From NCBI GenBank assembly GCA_000934665.2, contig KZ538124.1, positions 1-64,000 on the forward strand: DNA of 64,000 bases, given 5' to 3'. The DNA is from Catajapyx aquilonaris (taxonomy: Eukaryota). The notes under the pieces were generated by a model. That model did no database searches and was not told the DNA's origin. It saw only the letters and a list, made by a program, of their open reading frames with translations. Positions 36,904 to 51,680 of the stretch are shown here, one piece after another; position 1 is the first letter of the stretch, and each line of letters starts with the position of its first letter. The position numbers and the translations under genes are program-made.

Positions 36904-38245
36904 AACAAACCAGTTTCTTCCAAAAAAAAATCCAGATTCCTTTTTGCCCTTCACCTGTGACCATGGACTCCTGAGATAGATGATTTCTAACGTATTGCAC
37001 CATTGCTCATTGTTGCATCACGTCTTTATCCAGCACCATATGTAATCAAGTGCGTATAGCATTCAATCGGTATAAATGAATGTGAATTGAATTTTAACAT
37101 TTGAGCATACCTCAAGTCCTCCTTTCGGGCGCGGTTCCCCCAATTTCGTGACGCACGAAGTTGGACTCCTGAGTAAATTACGTCCACTTCTTGCCTAACC
37201 ACTTTCAAGTAAGCAGCTTACCGGTTGTCCAGGCACAACAAGCACGTCCTTGACCTCCCAAAATCATATAAACGATAAAAAATTACATGTAGGCTATAAG
37301 ACAAGCCGCGATTTAATTTATGTAAAGACGACACAATGTTGTACCGAAGATACACCAAACTGAAGCTACGAGACAACGTTAATCCTCCTCGGGATCAGTG
37401 TGCCACAAATGTGATCCGTTCAGGTACACCACACTGAGAGGTCTCTTAATATATCCCGCCTTCATCATCATCATCATCTTGTGCTGCTGGTGGTAGTGGT
37501 GGGGACCGGGTTGTGTCTCTCCTTCTCCAGGATCCCTGGGCTGTCATGGATCGATTCACCTCCAAATTTGGCAGGCGGGAAGTGACGGTGTTGTTGTGTG
37601 GTGAGACGCTAACCAAGGAGCCGAGTTTTCTTGGGGAAGGAACCGGCGGAAAAGGGGAAGAAGATATAGAGAGAGAGTGGGTTAGATCTCAGCTTTGGCT
37701 TAGAACCAAGCAAGTCGGAGCTATTTTGGCAGGAGGCTCCGTTTATCCGAAGCGTGAGAGAGGCAGCAGGCAGATGAGTCTATCAAAAGGAGTAGCGTCG
37801 CCTTCTACTGGTCCGTTGAGTCAACCAAGATTTCTCAAATGGTTCCCCCCTTCGCATTCACTGTATTCCCCAGCCTCACTCAAAGCCTTATATCCAGCAG
37901 ATAGCATTCGTTCAGCGGATGCTTTTGGGGGGAGGCGAGAAGACGACGAAAGAAAGAAAAAAAAAGAAACGAAAGAGAGAAGCAACGAGATTCCGTGTGG
38001 CACGTATCCAACCTTCACTTAAATGCATAACGATCAGCCCCTTTCGGCTGCTAAATGCATCGACCTCAATTCCTTGCAGTGTGTTGAACCCCACTCAGAT
38101 TGAGCTGAATCCGACAGATGTGTGTTATTCAATCAACTCCAAATGCCTGGAGCAGGTGTGATTAATTTGAATAATGACCGCAACCGAATGCGCACCCCAG
38201 TTCGCGCAGGGTGCACGGTTGGAATTATCAATGATAGTCTGCATA

Positions 38246-38555
38246 CACTGTAAACAGCAAACAGCCGCAAAGAATTAAAAGGGAATTACTGACTCATGAA
38301 GAAACATTTTTAAAATGCTCTTGTGATTTTTTTGTTGCTAAAAGCATCAAAAAAATATTACAAGAGAATCAAAAATTGATGTTTCATGATAGACTCAGTA
38401 GTGACTCTCTTTTGTTGCATTGATGTTGTAATGCATTTTGTTGCATTGATGATACTCTTGTAATGCTTTTTCAGGAGCATTACAATAGCATCAAAAGAGC
38501 ATTAAAAATTGAGACACAGTAGTGATGCTCTTTTAATGGTTTGCGGTTTACAGTG
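38246..38555. mobile_element. Non-autonomous DNA transposon (MITE-like), CACTG termini, TA on both flanks
   Basis: ta|cactgtaaac ... gtttacagtg|ta. The inverted similarity continues inward (ccgcaaa..attaaaag vs cttttaat..tttgcgg). Internal duplication ttttgttgcattgatg x2. Confidence 0.75.
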
Positions 38556-41500
38556 TAGGGATGTCCAGTACTGGTAAATAAGCGATGCAATTATTTCCAA
38601 CGCTAGGCTTGGAGGTTGTCGGAACAATGGAGCTTCGCGTACGTGTGAGTGCGCGTATCGGTTGCGCTCGTAAAAATTTAATCTTTAGTATGCTGCATGT
38701 AGGCCTTCTATAGTATTAATATTTTCTGGAAGCGCAACGTGCAAGAGTTATTGGCTTTCGGACTTGTTGGCATTCTCAAAGGAGGAAAGGGGCATTTCTC
38801 AAGGCAGGTGGAAGGCAAAGGGGTTGCTGCCAAGTTTTCTGGTGTCATTCGGCGTGGCTCAGGTGTGTGGCCGACACTAAACCTATCTTCTCCGACTGAA
38901 AAACGGGCATGGCATCTCCCTGCCGACACCGGCTCTCCACCTAACAAATTGCGAATTTCACGGCTCTGCAAAGCGGCCTTTCTGCCACTACCGGAAGAAT
39001 GGCCTCGCGATAACAGAAAGCTATGTGCACGCTACAAAGTTTCCTTTTTGGACCAGGGACAGGACAGAATGGAGCGGAAGAAATTAATTAATCGACCAAT
39101 ATAACCTACTGTTTGTGTGAGTAATTGGGCACGCCAATTAAATTATACGCGCCTATTTACTTTCAATCATTCAAAGCAAATACAGTACACCTTTTCGTAG
39201 TAGTGGCTTACCCCTGAGTGTACCAGAGTATTAAGCCTTGGGTGATTGCTTACCCCAACTGTGGCCTATAGGCTCTAGAGAGGCGGGGCCAGCCGGATAT
39301 TATTCCTCGCAGGCGCCTAACGACTTAATAATTTATTTCGTTACGCCCCAACTTTCTGCGGCTTCCTTTCTGATGGGAGAAGCAACTCTCCGGATGATTG
39401 CGGATTATGGGGGAAACGCTGTGAGCATCAATGAAGGGGAATTATGCTCGCTAAGGCCTCACTTCCAAGATGATCAGACCACTTTGTTCCGGGGAGTTTT
39501 CAAATGCACTCCTCCGTGTTAGAACAAGCTCTCTCTGTAGGTGGGTTACACACTTAGAGGGGATAAAAGGTGTCATGTCCGCAAAAGTTTTTCATGGACA
39601 CGTTCTTCGTTGTGTGATTTTTTTTTCGTCAATAATATTGTCTGTGTTTGTAGGGGCAATATGCATAATAATAAATCAATAGACCAATAATCATTAAGGT
39701 CTATGATTATCGGTGGCGTAGGTTCATTAGCGTAAGTGTAATTAGGCTCTCAGGAGTCGAGTGGCCTCTGGAGAAGGTAGTCTGCAGTATACTGAACGGA
39801 ATAAGTGCTCTCAGGTCTTTCATCGCCCTCTCAACCAATCAGCAACTGAAATAGCCATAACCTAAAAATGCTATTATAGCTCACTAGTTACGACATTCAT
39901 CTCCTCTCCTCTGAGTCTTACAAATATGCGGCATACCGCCACAAAATATCGAATATTTTGATGTTTTTTAAAAGCCGACCATGTTTATTACTTACCATTA
40001 TGGTTTATCTTCAACATTGCAAAATAGTTGATGCGAATGAGCACTATCTGCATGCAAACCACTTATGTAAGAATAGCACGGTATAATAAAAAATCATGCA
40101 AATGATTATACGTTATCAATTCAAATTATCATATGAATATGAGAATTTATTTGGGGGTTCCTGTTATTTTCCATGTTGTGGTAGGCACACCAGGAAAAAA
40201 TAGGATCATCATATTCACGTAAAGTTGTGTACTGTATATGCTGAGCGGTTTTTCAAAAATATACCTGCTTCCCTCCCACAATATCACTTCCGCATATCAG
40301 CATAATTCATAAAAATTACTGGCTAATTTTGAAGTGTTGCGGAAATGGCGTTGGTAATTTGATACTGTTTTTTTTGCTGAAAAACAAAAAATAATCAACA
40401 AATATAACGTCAAATCCTGAAATATTCATAGTGGGTTCCTTGTTTACAATTTTACTGTCTTGATGGCTGTAGTCCAAGCAGCATTTTCACATAAGTTAAC
40501 TAATATCCACAATGCACGTAAGTACACCTAAGTCATGAAACAGCAATGCCAGTAAAAATTATCTTAACAAATTACCAATATACAGTATACGGTATATATT
40601 TTTTTCAAATCCGTATTAACACATATTAGAAACTTCTAAATATATTTTTTTCTCAAATTTTCAATTACTTTTAATCGAAACAGATCTTATCCGGACAAAA
40701 CAACTCCAGCATATCGCTTTTTAGGAAATCAAAGTAAATATTAATTCATCGGGGAAAAAAGTTTTACAGCCCATGTTGGCTTATTTCGCAACAACAAAAA
40801 AAAATCTTTGTTGTTTAAACAATAACCCTCGCCGCTCTCCTTCAAAACAAAAAAAGCAGGGATAGATCAAACAATCGCGATGTCTATTTTTTATTGCGAA
40901 TTATAGATCCGGCCTCATTGAACTCTCCCTCCCAACGGGCCTTCCGAATCCACTCAACTGTAACTGGTCATTTGGAAGTCGTACGTATGAACCGAGCTAC
41001 ACGCTCCTCTTCCCATAATACCCCAGGGCACCATTGTCGTCCGTCCCCATTGTTCCAGGGGTGCTCTATTGTTAGAGTCAAGCCTTAGCCTAACGTGCTC
41101 TGTAATGAANCCACCCACCATCCCTTCCAACCCCCCCGCAAACGCGAACCAATTTACGCGCTTCTCTAATGTTGTACAAGAGCAGTAATTAAATTCTTGA
41201 CATATACAGCCATGTACTATTTGGTAAGGCTTTACCTCGGTTCATTTACCATTTTGTGGGAGAGTAGAAAAGAATTACTATGGATTGATGCAGCGCGTTT
41301 TTCTTTCTTCTTTTTTTTATCCTCGGCATTTGAATTAGGAGTTTAGCCATAGTTCTAAAAGCGTTTCAAAGTTTCGCCTAATTATAAAGTTCCTTGGTGG
41401 AGTCTCAAGACTGCTGAGGAAAAATTGTCCCCCCTCCCCCCTCAAGGAATATTGATGTGGACTTGCTCACTTGCAAATATGTTTTCGGGTAGTGTTAGAA

Positions 41501-42029
41501 AGTATGGCATAATCTTTTTTTTTTAAAGAGAGAAAGGATAATAAAAAAAACTGTTTCAACTCCTTTGAAAACTGACCTTTCCCAATATTTTGCTCAGTTC
41601 GTGCCACGCAACAGATTTTTTTTTTTTTTGTGCCAGCCTCGCAAGTAGATTTCCATCTCCAGTGTATGCATAGCAACAAAATATCGCTATAATTGCTCGC
41701 ATTTTCATTCCCGCACGAAATCACAGCCGGAATAATAATAATAAAAAAACACTGCCTCGTTTCCCTGCAAGATTGTATTTTCCTCGTCTCTCTCTCGGTG
41801 GGAGCACCAGCCGGGGGATTAACTTGAGCACACCCATTCCTGAATGTGCCGCAATTCAACTGCGGAAAAACTGCGCCCGTACCTTCAATACTATTCCGCA
41901 GCAGCTCTCCAAATGATAGGAATTAGTTATCAAGTACACATTTCACGGCGTATTAAACCCGCGACGTCGACTTCAAAGACATCCCATTCGACAACAATGA
42001 ACTCTTATAAAGAAATTGTGTGCGCAGTA

Positions 42030-42106
42030 CAGGGTGCTGCATAAAGTGAACCCTATAAAGGAGTTCACACTATAGAAGTTTGTCTGAACTATTATGACAC
42101 ATCCTG
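42030..42106. mobile_element. Short mariner/Tc1-type MITE relic
   Basis: ta|cagggtgctgcataa ... ttatgacacatcctg, an imperfect inverted repeat with a TA-CAGGGTG terminus. Confidence 0.4.
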
Positions 42107-45100
42107 TGTAATATCTCTCCAATATTTTTATTGACACGCACTGCTGCTGGGGGGTTGAAGGTTGACAATAGAAGTTGGGCTATATTTCTGTTCAGTCACC
42201 CGTTATTTTCCGGGGATATACTCTGCTGCTAGAGGGAATTATTAACTTTCCAAACAAGTGAATTCTGGCTGGGACCTTTGGGCAAGTAAAAGAAGCGTCG
42301 TGCCTCACACCCCCCCCCCCTACTGTTCCTCTTCGAAGCGAACTAATTTTCCCGGGAGTTTTCCAGGCATTTTGTCACATTACTCGTGAGTGAAAAGACA
42401 AAGGCAAGTTTAGAGGGGAGAATTTGCCACCTCACTTGGATTGGAGAGGAATGCTGGGGCTTCGAGAGAGAGAAAGAAAAAATAGTAGAGAATTTTCTAT
42501 CCTTCTTTTTGTTTTGTTTCTTCGTTTTTTTTTGGTACGTTGAGTAATTGTGAAGCGTAGCGTTTGACCGCTGTGACGTGCGATGTTCCCATGTGAAGGA
42601 TCCGGGCTTAAGCGAGGTATTTCGTTCGAGAGATAAACCGCGATTAGGGCGATGAAGCAGCGAAAAATGCTTAGCAACCGCAAATTGTAGGTTAACGAGC
42701 CTTGCAGGAATTTAGGGAGGGCCAGGGGCTGATTACAGGCTGCTTGCCAAGATATTTCGATCCCGGGTCACTTTATTGTCCTATTAGTAAACCCTATAAA
42801 AATTTCAGCCTTTGGGAGGAGCTACAATAAACAAGTTGATAAGAAACATCCCATAAGAAAACTGCTCCTGATTTTTCGTGTTTTCTGGAGAAAAATATAT
42901 CTGGGCATTTTCCTGTTTCCTGTTTGACATATGATGCTGTTCTACATTTTTGCTAATAGTGACATGCGATTAAAATTTAGTGCGAGACCGCATTTTCCCC
43001 TAGTGACGATTTTAGATAATTAAGGCTAGTTAGCAGGGCAGACAAAACGCCTGAAAATTAATACACTTAAAATATAGCAGGCTGATTCACGCCTCTCATC
43101 ACAACGCATGCCCAATTATGCCACCAGCACTAATTTTAGGCTAAATTATCCCGGGCGCCCCTATGCTAGTTAACGGTCCACTTATTTACATTTTCGCTCC
43201 AGCACTATACACCTGCATCTCCAGTTGCACCGGGACCCTAATGGCCTAATTTCACATACTGTGCTTGGGTGTCCAACGCAGCAAAAACACAACAAAAACA
43301 GGCTGCCCGTGTTGTTCACACGAAAAACCTGTTGTGAAGGCCCCACTTTCGATAAACTGACCTAAGACAACGAAGAAGAAAGTAAGTCACCACCCAAGTG
43401 AAGGTCGGTCGGTCTCCATGAATGTCAGTACACGTCACTATTATTATTGGGGACAAACAGGGTAGTGGAGAACCGGTTGGAATAGGAATTGGCAATAGGA
43501 GGTTTGGCGTCGGTTTGGGCAAAACGGCGGGCGTCCGGATAGAGTCATCAAATCCGCTTGCAGGACTAGACTTTGTCTGTCTGCCTAGTCCTAGATAAGC
43601 ACGTTCGGCGCCCTCAAGCCCTGCAAAACATGCCGTCCTCCCGAACCCAACGATCCTATTTGCTCAAGGCCCCCCAAATTCCTTCTCAAATCCTTTATAG
43701 GCTCTGTACGTCCCAGCCCTTCTACCCCTAACAGCTTGGTTAAATCATCTCCTGGAAGATCCAGATTCTCGTGTTTGTCGCTTCCTGATGGATTTCCAGG
43801 ACTAATAACACTAGAGGGGGGGGGGGAGGGCTGGACTGGATTTGTTCTCTAGGACCCAGCAAGGTCTGCAGTAACCACTGGTTTTACAGGAACCGGCGCC
43901 AACTTCTGATCAGGAAAGTTGTTTGGAAATATTTCAGAAACTGAACAAATGCAACCTAGTGTTCTGACGTAAAGCTCTGGAACGAACCTGAGAGGCTGCT
44001 CGTATCAATTTTGATCCCCTGCCCTGGGGAGAAACTCTGGCAACATTGTTGTCAAAACAATGAAGCTGCGCAAGTGTGGGTGCGCACTTGGTTGCGTTCA
44101 CAGCCCACTGTACGTAAAAAACCAAAATTGTGCAAAATCGCCGATTAAGTGTTTACAATACACATTTATTTTCACCCTTAAGTTGATACAACCTACATTC
44201 GTATGACGAATCCGCCCACAATATCCTTCAGACTGCACAGGACGATCCCAAGTCGTAACATTCCGCAACTGAGTTTTATGGCGCGTTTCGAATGTCTGCC
44301 GCCCCCTCTCTTTTAAACAGTAACAAGTAAAGGGGCTAATCAGTCATCCACTTAGCAGTGCAACCAGCTTTTCTGGCGCATCCTGTGGCTTCTGGAGGGC
44401 CCGGTAAACAAGAACATAACTCCGGCTAATGGGATTGGATACAAACCTTCCCCGAGTTTTATAAATAAAGTTTGCGAGCCAATTGGAAACACCGCAGAAA
44501 CAACCCGGCAGATTCTATCAGAATAATATAAAAAATCGGCCTATTATTTGATAGTTTTTTTTTCTAGAACCATCAATTGTCAACCGGAATGTTTCTTCTG
44601 GTAACAGGCCTGGCTTTTCTATAGTTTTTTTTTTTGCACCGACCTTTTCCCCCTTTTATCTCCTTTTGCTTAAAGTGTATTTTACGACTTGAGAGAGTTG
44701 CGAGAGGAAATTCGAATAGGCGTAATGGCGGGATGGCATTCGAGAAAGCGGACAGAAATAGCAGGGGGCTGGAGAAGAAGAAAAAAAAAAAGCTGGGACG
44801 AAGGGGATGGTGGAAAAAAAGAAGAAGAAGAAGGAAAGATGCTTCCCAATTCCGCACACTTGTCTGTCGCGACGGATACTATAAAAGGAGGGAAAGGTAC
44901 ACTGCACTTACACGACTTTGTCGGAGAAAATGTTCGGGAAGTTGGAAGAATCCCTCCGATAAGGAGAACTACTTTAGCTACTAAGCCTCCAATTTTTTTT
45001 GACTGACAATCTGTACAGTATTTGCGCACACTTTGCAGTTCAGCCGTTCATGGCGTGGTTCAGTGAAATAATAATAATGATCTGGGATTTACGCTGCCTT

Positions 45101-45387
45101 GAACACTCACTAGTTTTTAAAAAAGTTCAGAAGACAGGTCGTACTTTCACTGTACCTTCGGCAAAATGTACTGTACTGCAAACAATATTATATGTACACT
45201 TTGCAAATATAGGGTAGTGCAAAAACATTATATCATTATATAGATTTTTATATGAAGAACCAGCTCCTGTGATTCTGCCTGATATAATATTTCCTTAAGA
45301 CATACTGTATATTCAATCAACTCGAAATGTGGACATAATGAAGGGTTAACTGTATGCAATAATTTACATTATAAAAATTAAGGACTG

Positions 45388-45406
45388 TATATATATATAT
45401 ATATAT
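45388..45406. repeat. (TA)9 microsatellite
   Basis: Dinucleotide run. Confidence 0.9.
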
Positions 45407-47117
45407 GGCTTACGTATATAATATGCATATTACCCTCTGGACACAATCTATATAGTGTTTGGCAGTTTTACTACTTTTTCTGAAAATAATATTCCGACTG
45501 GTAACGGGTGATACTGTAACACTTCCCCTTTTGCTAATAAGTGCAAAAGTTGATACAAATTGTGTCAACCAGATGGCAGCTTGCTTAGAAACCCTGCTTC
45601 TGCTGGGGTTTGGTCGATGCATTAATTTTGACTTTGAGAGAGAGAAGCTTCACCAGCATGAAAATGCATTGCATCCCATGCCAATTTTGGACTGGACCAT
45701 ATAAACATGGCTCTCTGACTCTCTCTCTGTCTGCGTTTGGCTTCTTCTTCCGCTTGGTTTAAAATTGCGGCCGGGCAAAAGGAGGCCCTTTCATTATAGA
45801 ATCCCCTCGCAGTTTGCGAAGGGCTGTATATTAGCCTAGAGACACAAAGTGTTTTGTCCCGAGCAATGAGGTCACTGTGATTGAGATCCAGATATGGGGA
45901 ATTTATCACCTGCCTACCTCGTATAAAAGCAGCCTAATTGGCATTTTCGTCGCCCTTTTGTTGCTCAAAGGGACTAATGCGCTCCATCCAATGTTCTTTG
46001 TTCATCAAGTGCTTCCGTGAATAATAAATTTTCCCCCACCCGCCCCCGTACACTTTCCCAGCTCCAGTTACAGGCAAATCTCCCCTCCTCCCTCGACTGC
46101 TGTAAAGCAAATCCGGTCTAGTTTTGTCCCAAAGCCACCTTCGCCAACTTTCTTGCCAAGATTCAACTGTCAGTTGCAGGAGAAGGTGCAGCATCCTTAG
46201 ACAACTGGGGAATAACAGGCTTCTAAATCGCTGCAAATTCTCCCCTCTCACTTCTTGCTTCTTAATCCTTCTTATCGAACCATTTCCGTCTGCTGCAAGC
46301 TAGATATGCACGAATTTTAGTTTTTGTTGTTATAATGTTTTTTGTAGCCAAGTACGCCTGCAGAGACTGATACTTTGGGTATAGCATCGTGTTTCTCTCC
46401 TCCGGCTGTCCAAGTCTGGATTTTCAGTTTGGTGCTGGTTGTAGATATGAGGGACTATGAAAAGAAACTCTTCTTTCGCTGCAGACATAAACGGAGCTGA
46501 CAAAACCGCTTCACAACGTGCCAGAGAGAATATTGATTCGACGTACTGTAAGTCAGTCTTCTGGGATTATTTTCTAAGACGTCAGACACTGCCATGCCTG
46601 AAGATTGTGTTAAATTCTCTCCTTGAAATTTGGGCTATAGTTCAGCCAATGCGGAACATGCGAAAAAAATAATGAGTTTTAGCATTTTTGCTAAGGTAAA
46701 TTAAATCCAATGTACAGTACGTGCGTTTTGAAGGAACGTCAGAGTATGCTGATTAATTCGCGTTTTTTTCCGCAGAGAAAAGGAAGGCTGTAATCTTTCC
46801 CCCAGAAGCACTGCCGGAACGCTTTAAAAAATTCTGAAATCGTAAAATGAAGGCAATTTAGAGCTTCACGTCAAGGACGTAAGTTATGGGTGATGGGAAG
46901 TCCCGTGTGCCGTTAGGCAATGAGAATGTGGTTGGTATTTGAAAATAAGCAGCATAATGATGCTTCTAGATGGAAGAAAATGAGGCGATTAAATCGGAAA
47001 TATATGGATATCTTGCTTCTAATAATTTCTCAAATAACGATTTAATAAAAGAGGCACCAACATTGCACAAAAACTACAGATATAACGCTATAGAGATAAT
47101 ACTTTTTTGCATATCTG

Positions 47118-47332
47118 CACTGTAAAGAAATCATGCAACTGTAATAAGATATTTCCTCGTGTGGAAAGTAGTTGTTCAACAGAAACGTGCTTGTGAATAT
47201 AATGTCAGTTTTTTTACTTATATATTTTATTTTCAAAGTTTGAATACCATGGCCTGAGAAATTACATTTTATGGGCCGACTATTATTGCGTGACTGTACT
47301 GTCATGTTATCACGTAACTTTTCTGTACAGTG
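47118..47332. mobile_element. Degenerate CACTG-ended MITE-like relic
   Basis: cactgtaaagaaa ... tttctgtacagtg (13-bp inverted repeat, 1 mismatch). No clean target-site duplication. Confidence 0.35.
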
Positions 47333-50300
47333 TTACTACAACTATGGCAAGGGGCTTCCACAGTGTAGCAGTATCAAATGAAAACATGAAGAGTGTGAAA
47401 GCAAGTATGTCAATATTTTTCAACCCCTTCAAGCTTTTATGAGACAACTGCTTGTTTACTTTAAAATCGCGGTAACTCGGCACATAATATGATGCAATGA
47501 TAGCGGGCAAGTGAGCTACTTCCTTTTTCCGCATCAACAATATCTTGTACGACTCTTTAAACGAACCGCAGTTCATTCATAGAGGAAATAACAGTTCGAG
47601 GAAAATAATAACGTGCATAGTACACGCCATCGGCATCAGATTGAAGCTTAAATAAAGGCAAGAGTGGGAAAATTCGTGCCTAGACCTGTCTGGTGCAACA
47701 ATCTCCAACATTCTCATTGTAACCTGCTGTAAATAGAGGATTTAACCACCAGTTGAGTTCATCCATCCACAGCAGCATATTCCTCCATCAAGGATGATTC
47801 CCTTGAGATTACACCACCCTTACAACCTCCAGGCAGTGTCACGACACGTAATCTGACGCTTTCAAACACTAATACGCAGTAAATGAATGTATGTTGCGTG
47901 TCAGGAAGGATCTTCCCCTCTCCATCTTGCTTGGGCTCTCTCCGACTGACGGAGATGAATTAACGCATGATATGTAATGAAATTAGGAGGCCTTAATTGA
48001 AGGACGGCCATTTTCTTGTTTCATCCCTCGGATCTTTCAGGACGCTCCGGATTCTCGTCCATCACCGGAAGATTCCAGCACTGCAAAGTGATTAGCAGTG
48101 TTGATTAATGGCGCTTGTCCGGGCTTATCCGGCCGAAATGGTGTTTAGGAAGGCGCGTGCTGGCTGTTTCGGTTGGAGATTCTCGGGAGATCTGGCCTCC
48201 TAAATATGGAGGGAAAAGGTGAGCTCCACCACCAAAAGAGGATTATAACTATGATTCATGCCTCTGGCCTTTGCTTGCAAAAAATATGAAGTAAATGACT
48301 TAGTAGCACGTGCCGTCCCACTTATGTAACGCCTTCTGACAAGCGGATCTGTGTTCGCTTCATTAGAGAACTGAAAGATCAGGCCAAGCCCCAGATACTG
48401 TAATGCTTCTGCCTAATGTGTGGCCCCACTGTCGGTCTTGTAACGTGAATGAAGCCTCATAAAAGCGTTTTTTTTGCAATGTATATGTTAAAGTGGTCGT
48501 TTTTGTTCAGCGTACATAGAAACCACACATTAAGTCTGACACTTCCAACTTATCTGCACTGCGAAAAAAATTGCGACATGAATGTTGCATTAGAAGCACA
48601 TGAAAGTGTGTGGACACATGCAGGATGTTCGCAGTGGTAAATTATGAATCGTCGCCCTCTTTATCGCGACTGGCGACTAATTCTGTACATTCATATCAGA
48701 GAAAATGATCGGAATGTCGAGGAATTTTGGCAATGTTGCTTATGACTTGGGTTCAAACTGATGAGCGTGTTAATAAAAGTCAGTGACACACATTTACTTG
48801 GCGCAGAAACAGTTAGAGTGAAAATGTTATTTAGGTTTATTAGTATTTTTGCTGTTTAAATTCCTTATCCATACTAATATTGGTCATTGCTATAGTCTAG
48901 TCGAGCCTGCACATTGCTCATGCCATTACCTGCTTTTTTGTTTCATTCATTAGCTAAATTGAAGCCGTAGAAAATTTTCCATTGTCATAATTTCGCAATG
49001 TGTGGACAGCATGAATATTTCATAATATTACAGTTTTAAATCCCTCGTTGAACTAATACTGCAGCAGCACAGTCCTTGTCACGCAAAAAATACTGTATAT
49101 ATACCGCTGTTGCAGCACATTCAGTTCTAGCGCATCGTGCCATGTGCATGAATCTCAGTTGAACCGTCGTGTTTAAATATTTGCTGCACCTGCCAAGGCC
49201 CCCCCCCCCCATTTTTTTAGTGCACCATGGACAATATTCGCATATAATTACGTCCTCGCATTGATACTAACCGAAAATAACTCCGGCTCTGCGTACAGTG
49301 GTCATTTTTACGTCAGTCGGTTGACCTGGCTGGCACACTCTTCGAAGTCTAACATCAGCCGTGAAGGACACCTTTTAAATGTTGGGCTTGTCGTCACAAG
49401 TGCTTGAGCCAAAATTTTCAAATTTTCTTTTTTATCCGGTAGCTCCAGCAATGACAAGAGAATTATTAGAAACAAATCTCCGCCGGTCACATGTGGAGTG
49501 ACAGTGAGTAATTACACGCTATTGTTAGCTAAGAGCAGGTTGTGTTGAAATACCTGGCACACTACATCGCCAGCAGGGGGGTTTAAACTTCCAGAAGATT
49601 CAGGTTGGAAAAGAGAACGTGGCACTAACTGCGGCAATTCGATTGAGAGACACTGGAAACCAATAAAATTAGACGTAACGCGAGGGAGGCCTGTAAAGTA
49701 CACACGGAGATAGAATCACTTGGAAACCATGCTTGTTTATGAAGCGAAACACTCTTTCGCTAATGATTGCGTCGTTTTTCCCCTGCTGCATAAATTGCAG
49801 AAAATCAATCTCGCATTTTTACAACAATTGTCACTTTTTTTGTGAGTGCACTTCCAACTTGAGTCCCACTCCATTTTCACCTGCATCAGGCAGCGTAACA
49901 ACAACCAGCAAGCACTACAAAGTTGCACAAGCCCCGAACAATGCACCCAAGTGCACCAGGCAAGCCCACGACACTGTGCAGCAGACTGCAACGAACGACA
50001 ATCACATTCTTCCGAACAATAAGGCCCGGGTGGAAGACGAGACTTCGCGTACAAAATTGAACCCTGAAAAAAAAAAGTTAAAATTGGCAGACATTCTGCA
50101 GGCCTTAGGACGTCTCCTTTTTTTCCCCACCCACCCACCCCCACCCTCAGAGCCGAGAAAACTATTCGGAATAGATTCCTTCAAGTAGGGCAAAATTTCT
50201 CTCCCGCACTGGATTGAGTTAGTCGTAGTGCACAAGTTGGGAGAAGGCCGCGTTGCAAGGACCAAACACAAAGACTCCAAGGCAGGAGCAGGGGCAATCG

Positions 50301-51680
50301 ATCTATCTTCTCCAGGCCTCTGAACTTGGGAACCGAAAATCCCTCTTTCGCCTCCCCCCTCAACCCTACAAAAGTCGTCGCCTAGCTAGCTATGGTGGTT
50401 TGGCCTAAGAAAAAAGGTTGGGGGGGACATGGCGGTAGCCTACCAAACAAAGCGAGGCCCCCCCGTGCAAAAGTGTCGAGAGATTTATAGTGTGTTGGAG
50501 GACAATGAGAAACGTCAGGGGGGCGCTGTGGTGTGTCCCTTTTTCCAACATGGAGCGTTCCGATACTGCTGTAATCTATCGGCTCCGACCGGATGATGAT
50601 GCCCCCGGATTCGTGTTGTCCTCCCCCCCTCTGAACACTAATTCATCACTTCCTTGGAGCCTGTCAGCTGGGGAAGGTCCGCAATGGTCATTACCACAGA
50701 CACTTCTCTTGTTAAGGACTCTTCTCTCCCATACCTTCTGGAAATAGATCTTTAGGAGAGAAGAGACAAAGAATTCCAACGCAAAATCGCTCTAATCTAA
50801 GCTTAATCCGAGGTTTTTAAATATGAAACAACAGGTGCTTAGACAGGTTGGTCTCATTGTGTCAGAGTGTGTGGTGTATATAACGGTGATTGCTAAGCTC
50901 CCGGGTTTTCCTAGGGCCTTGCTCCCCAAAGTCACCCAAATGAGTATTAATTAATCAAGGCAGAGTAACGCGGGGGCTGTCGGATTGACGGCCTTGATTT
51001 CATTGTTGCCGCCGGGTAGAGAGGGGGGAACCTATTGTGGTACGAAACAAAGTTCATCACAAGAGTGTGCAGCTTATTCATTACTTGGGGGGTGAGCTAG
51101 ATTAGCGCTTTAACCCCCGCGTATATAGCGTTGGATGCAGGCCAGTGGCAATTTACAGCTACTGCTATACTTGGTGCATCGCTGTAACCAACTTAAGGCG
51201 GTTTGGCATGATCGCAAGCCGCAATACTGTAAACACAAACAACTGATTATGCAATATGCATCGCACCTTATGGACTTGAAAGTTCATGACAGTATAGCTG
51301 CTTACAAATAAGCAGTACAGTGCCAAAAACGTAGGTTATTTGTAGATAATCAAGCAGTATTCAGACTTTGAGTTATTTACATAATTATAATCATGGATGT
51401 ATTCACCTGGACGAAAATTAGTTGTTTACCAAAAATACATCCCTCGTGCCCTGACCTCCCTGATTATTATGAACCCCCCCCCCCCCCTTTTGAATCGTAC
51501 GGTGCACCCAGAGAGTTTAGAGCCAGCTACAATCAGCCATGTTTATTTTGGTGCCAATTTATAGTAAATTGGGAATGAAACATTCATTCGTGNCCCCAAC
51601 ATTTATGCAGAGTAATTCCAAGCCTGGTCAACACCATCAGAGTAAAATGACAAAACTACCCTCGGAAGCGTGCTAGGCTA

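Noticed and set aside
37513..38022. 169-aa plus-strand ORF, and overlapping ORF stacks at 44573-45029, 49733-50280 and 55020-55549
   Set aside because: No recognisable domains, several frames open at once over A/G-rich or homopolymer tracts, and no coding-like bias.
43150..43170. Helitron-like 3' end (gggcgccc followed by ctagt)
   Set aside because: The palindrome is too short, and there is no second copy or identifiable 5' end.
44880..45929. Perfect TATAAAAG boxes at 44880 and 45922 (also tataaat at 58423)
   Set aside because: No convincing initiator at the right spacing and no downstream gene; expected by chance in AT-rich DNA.
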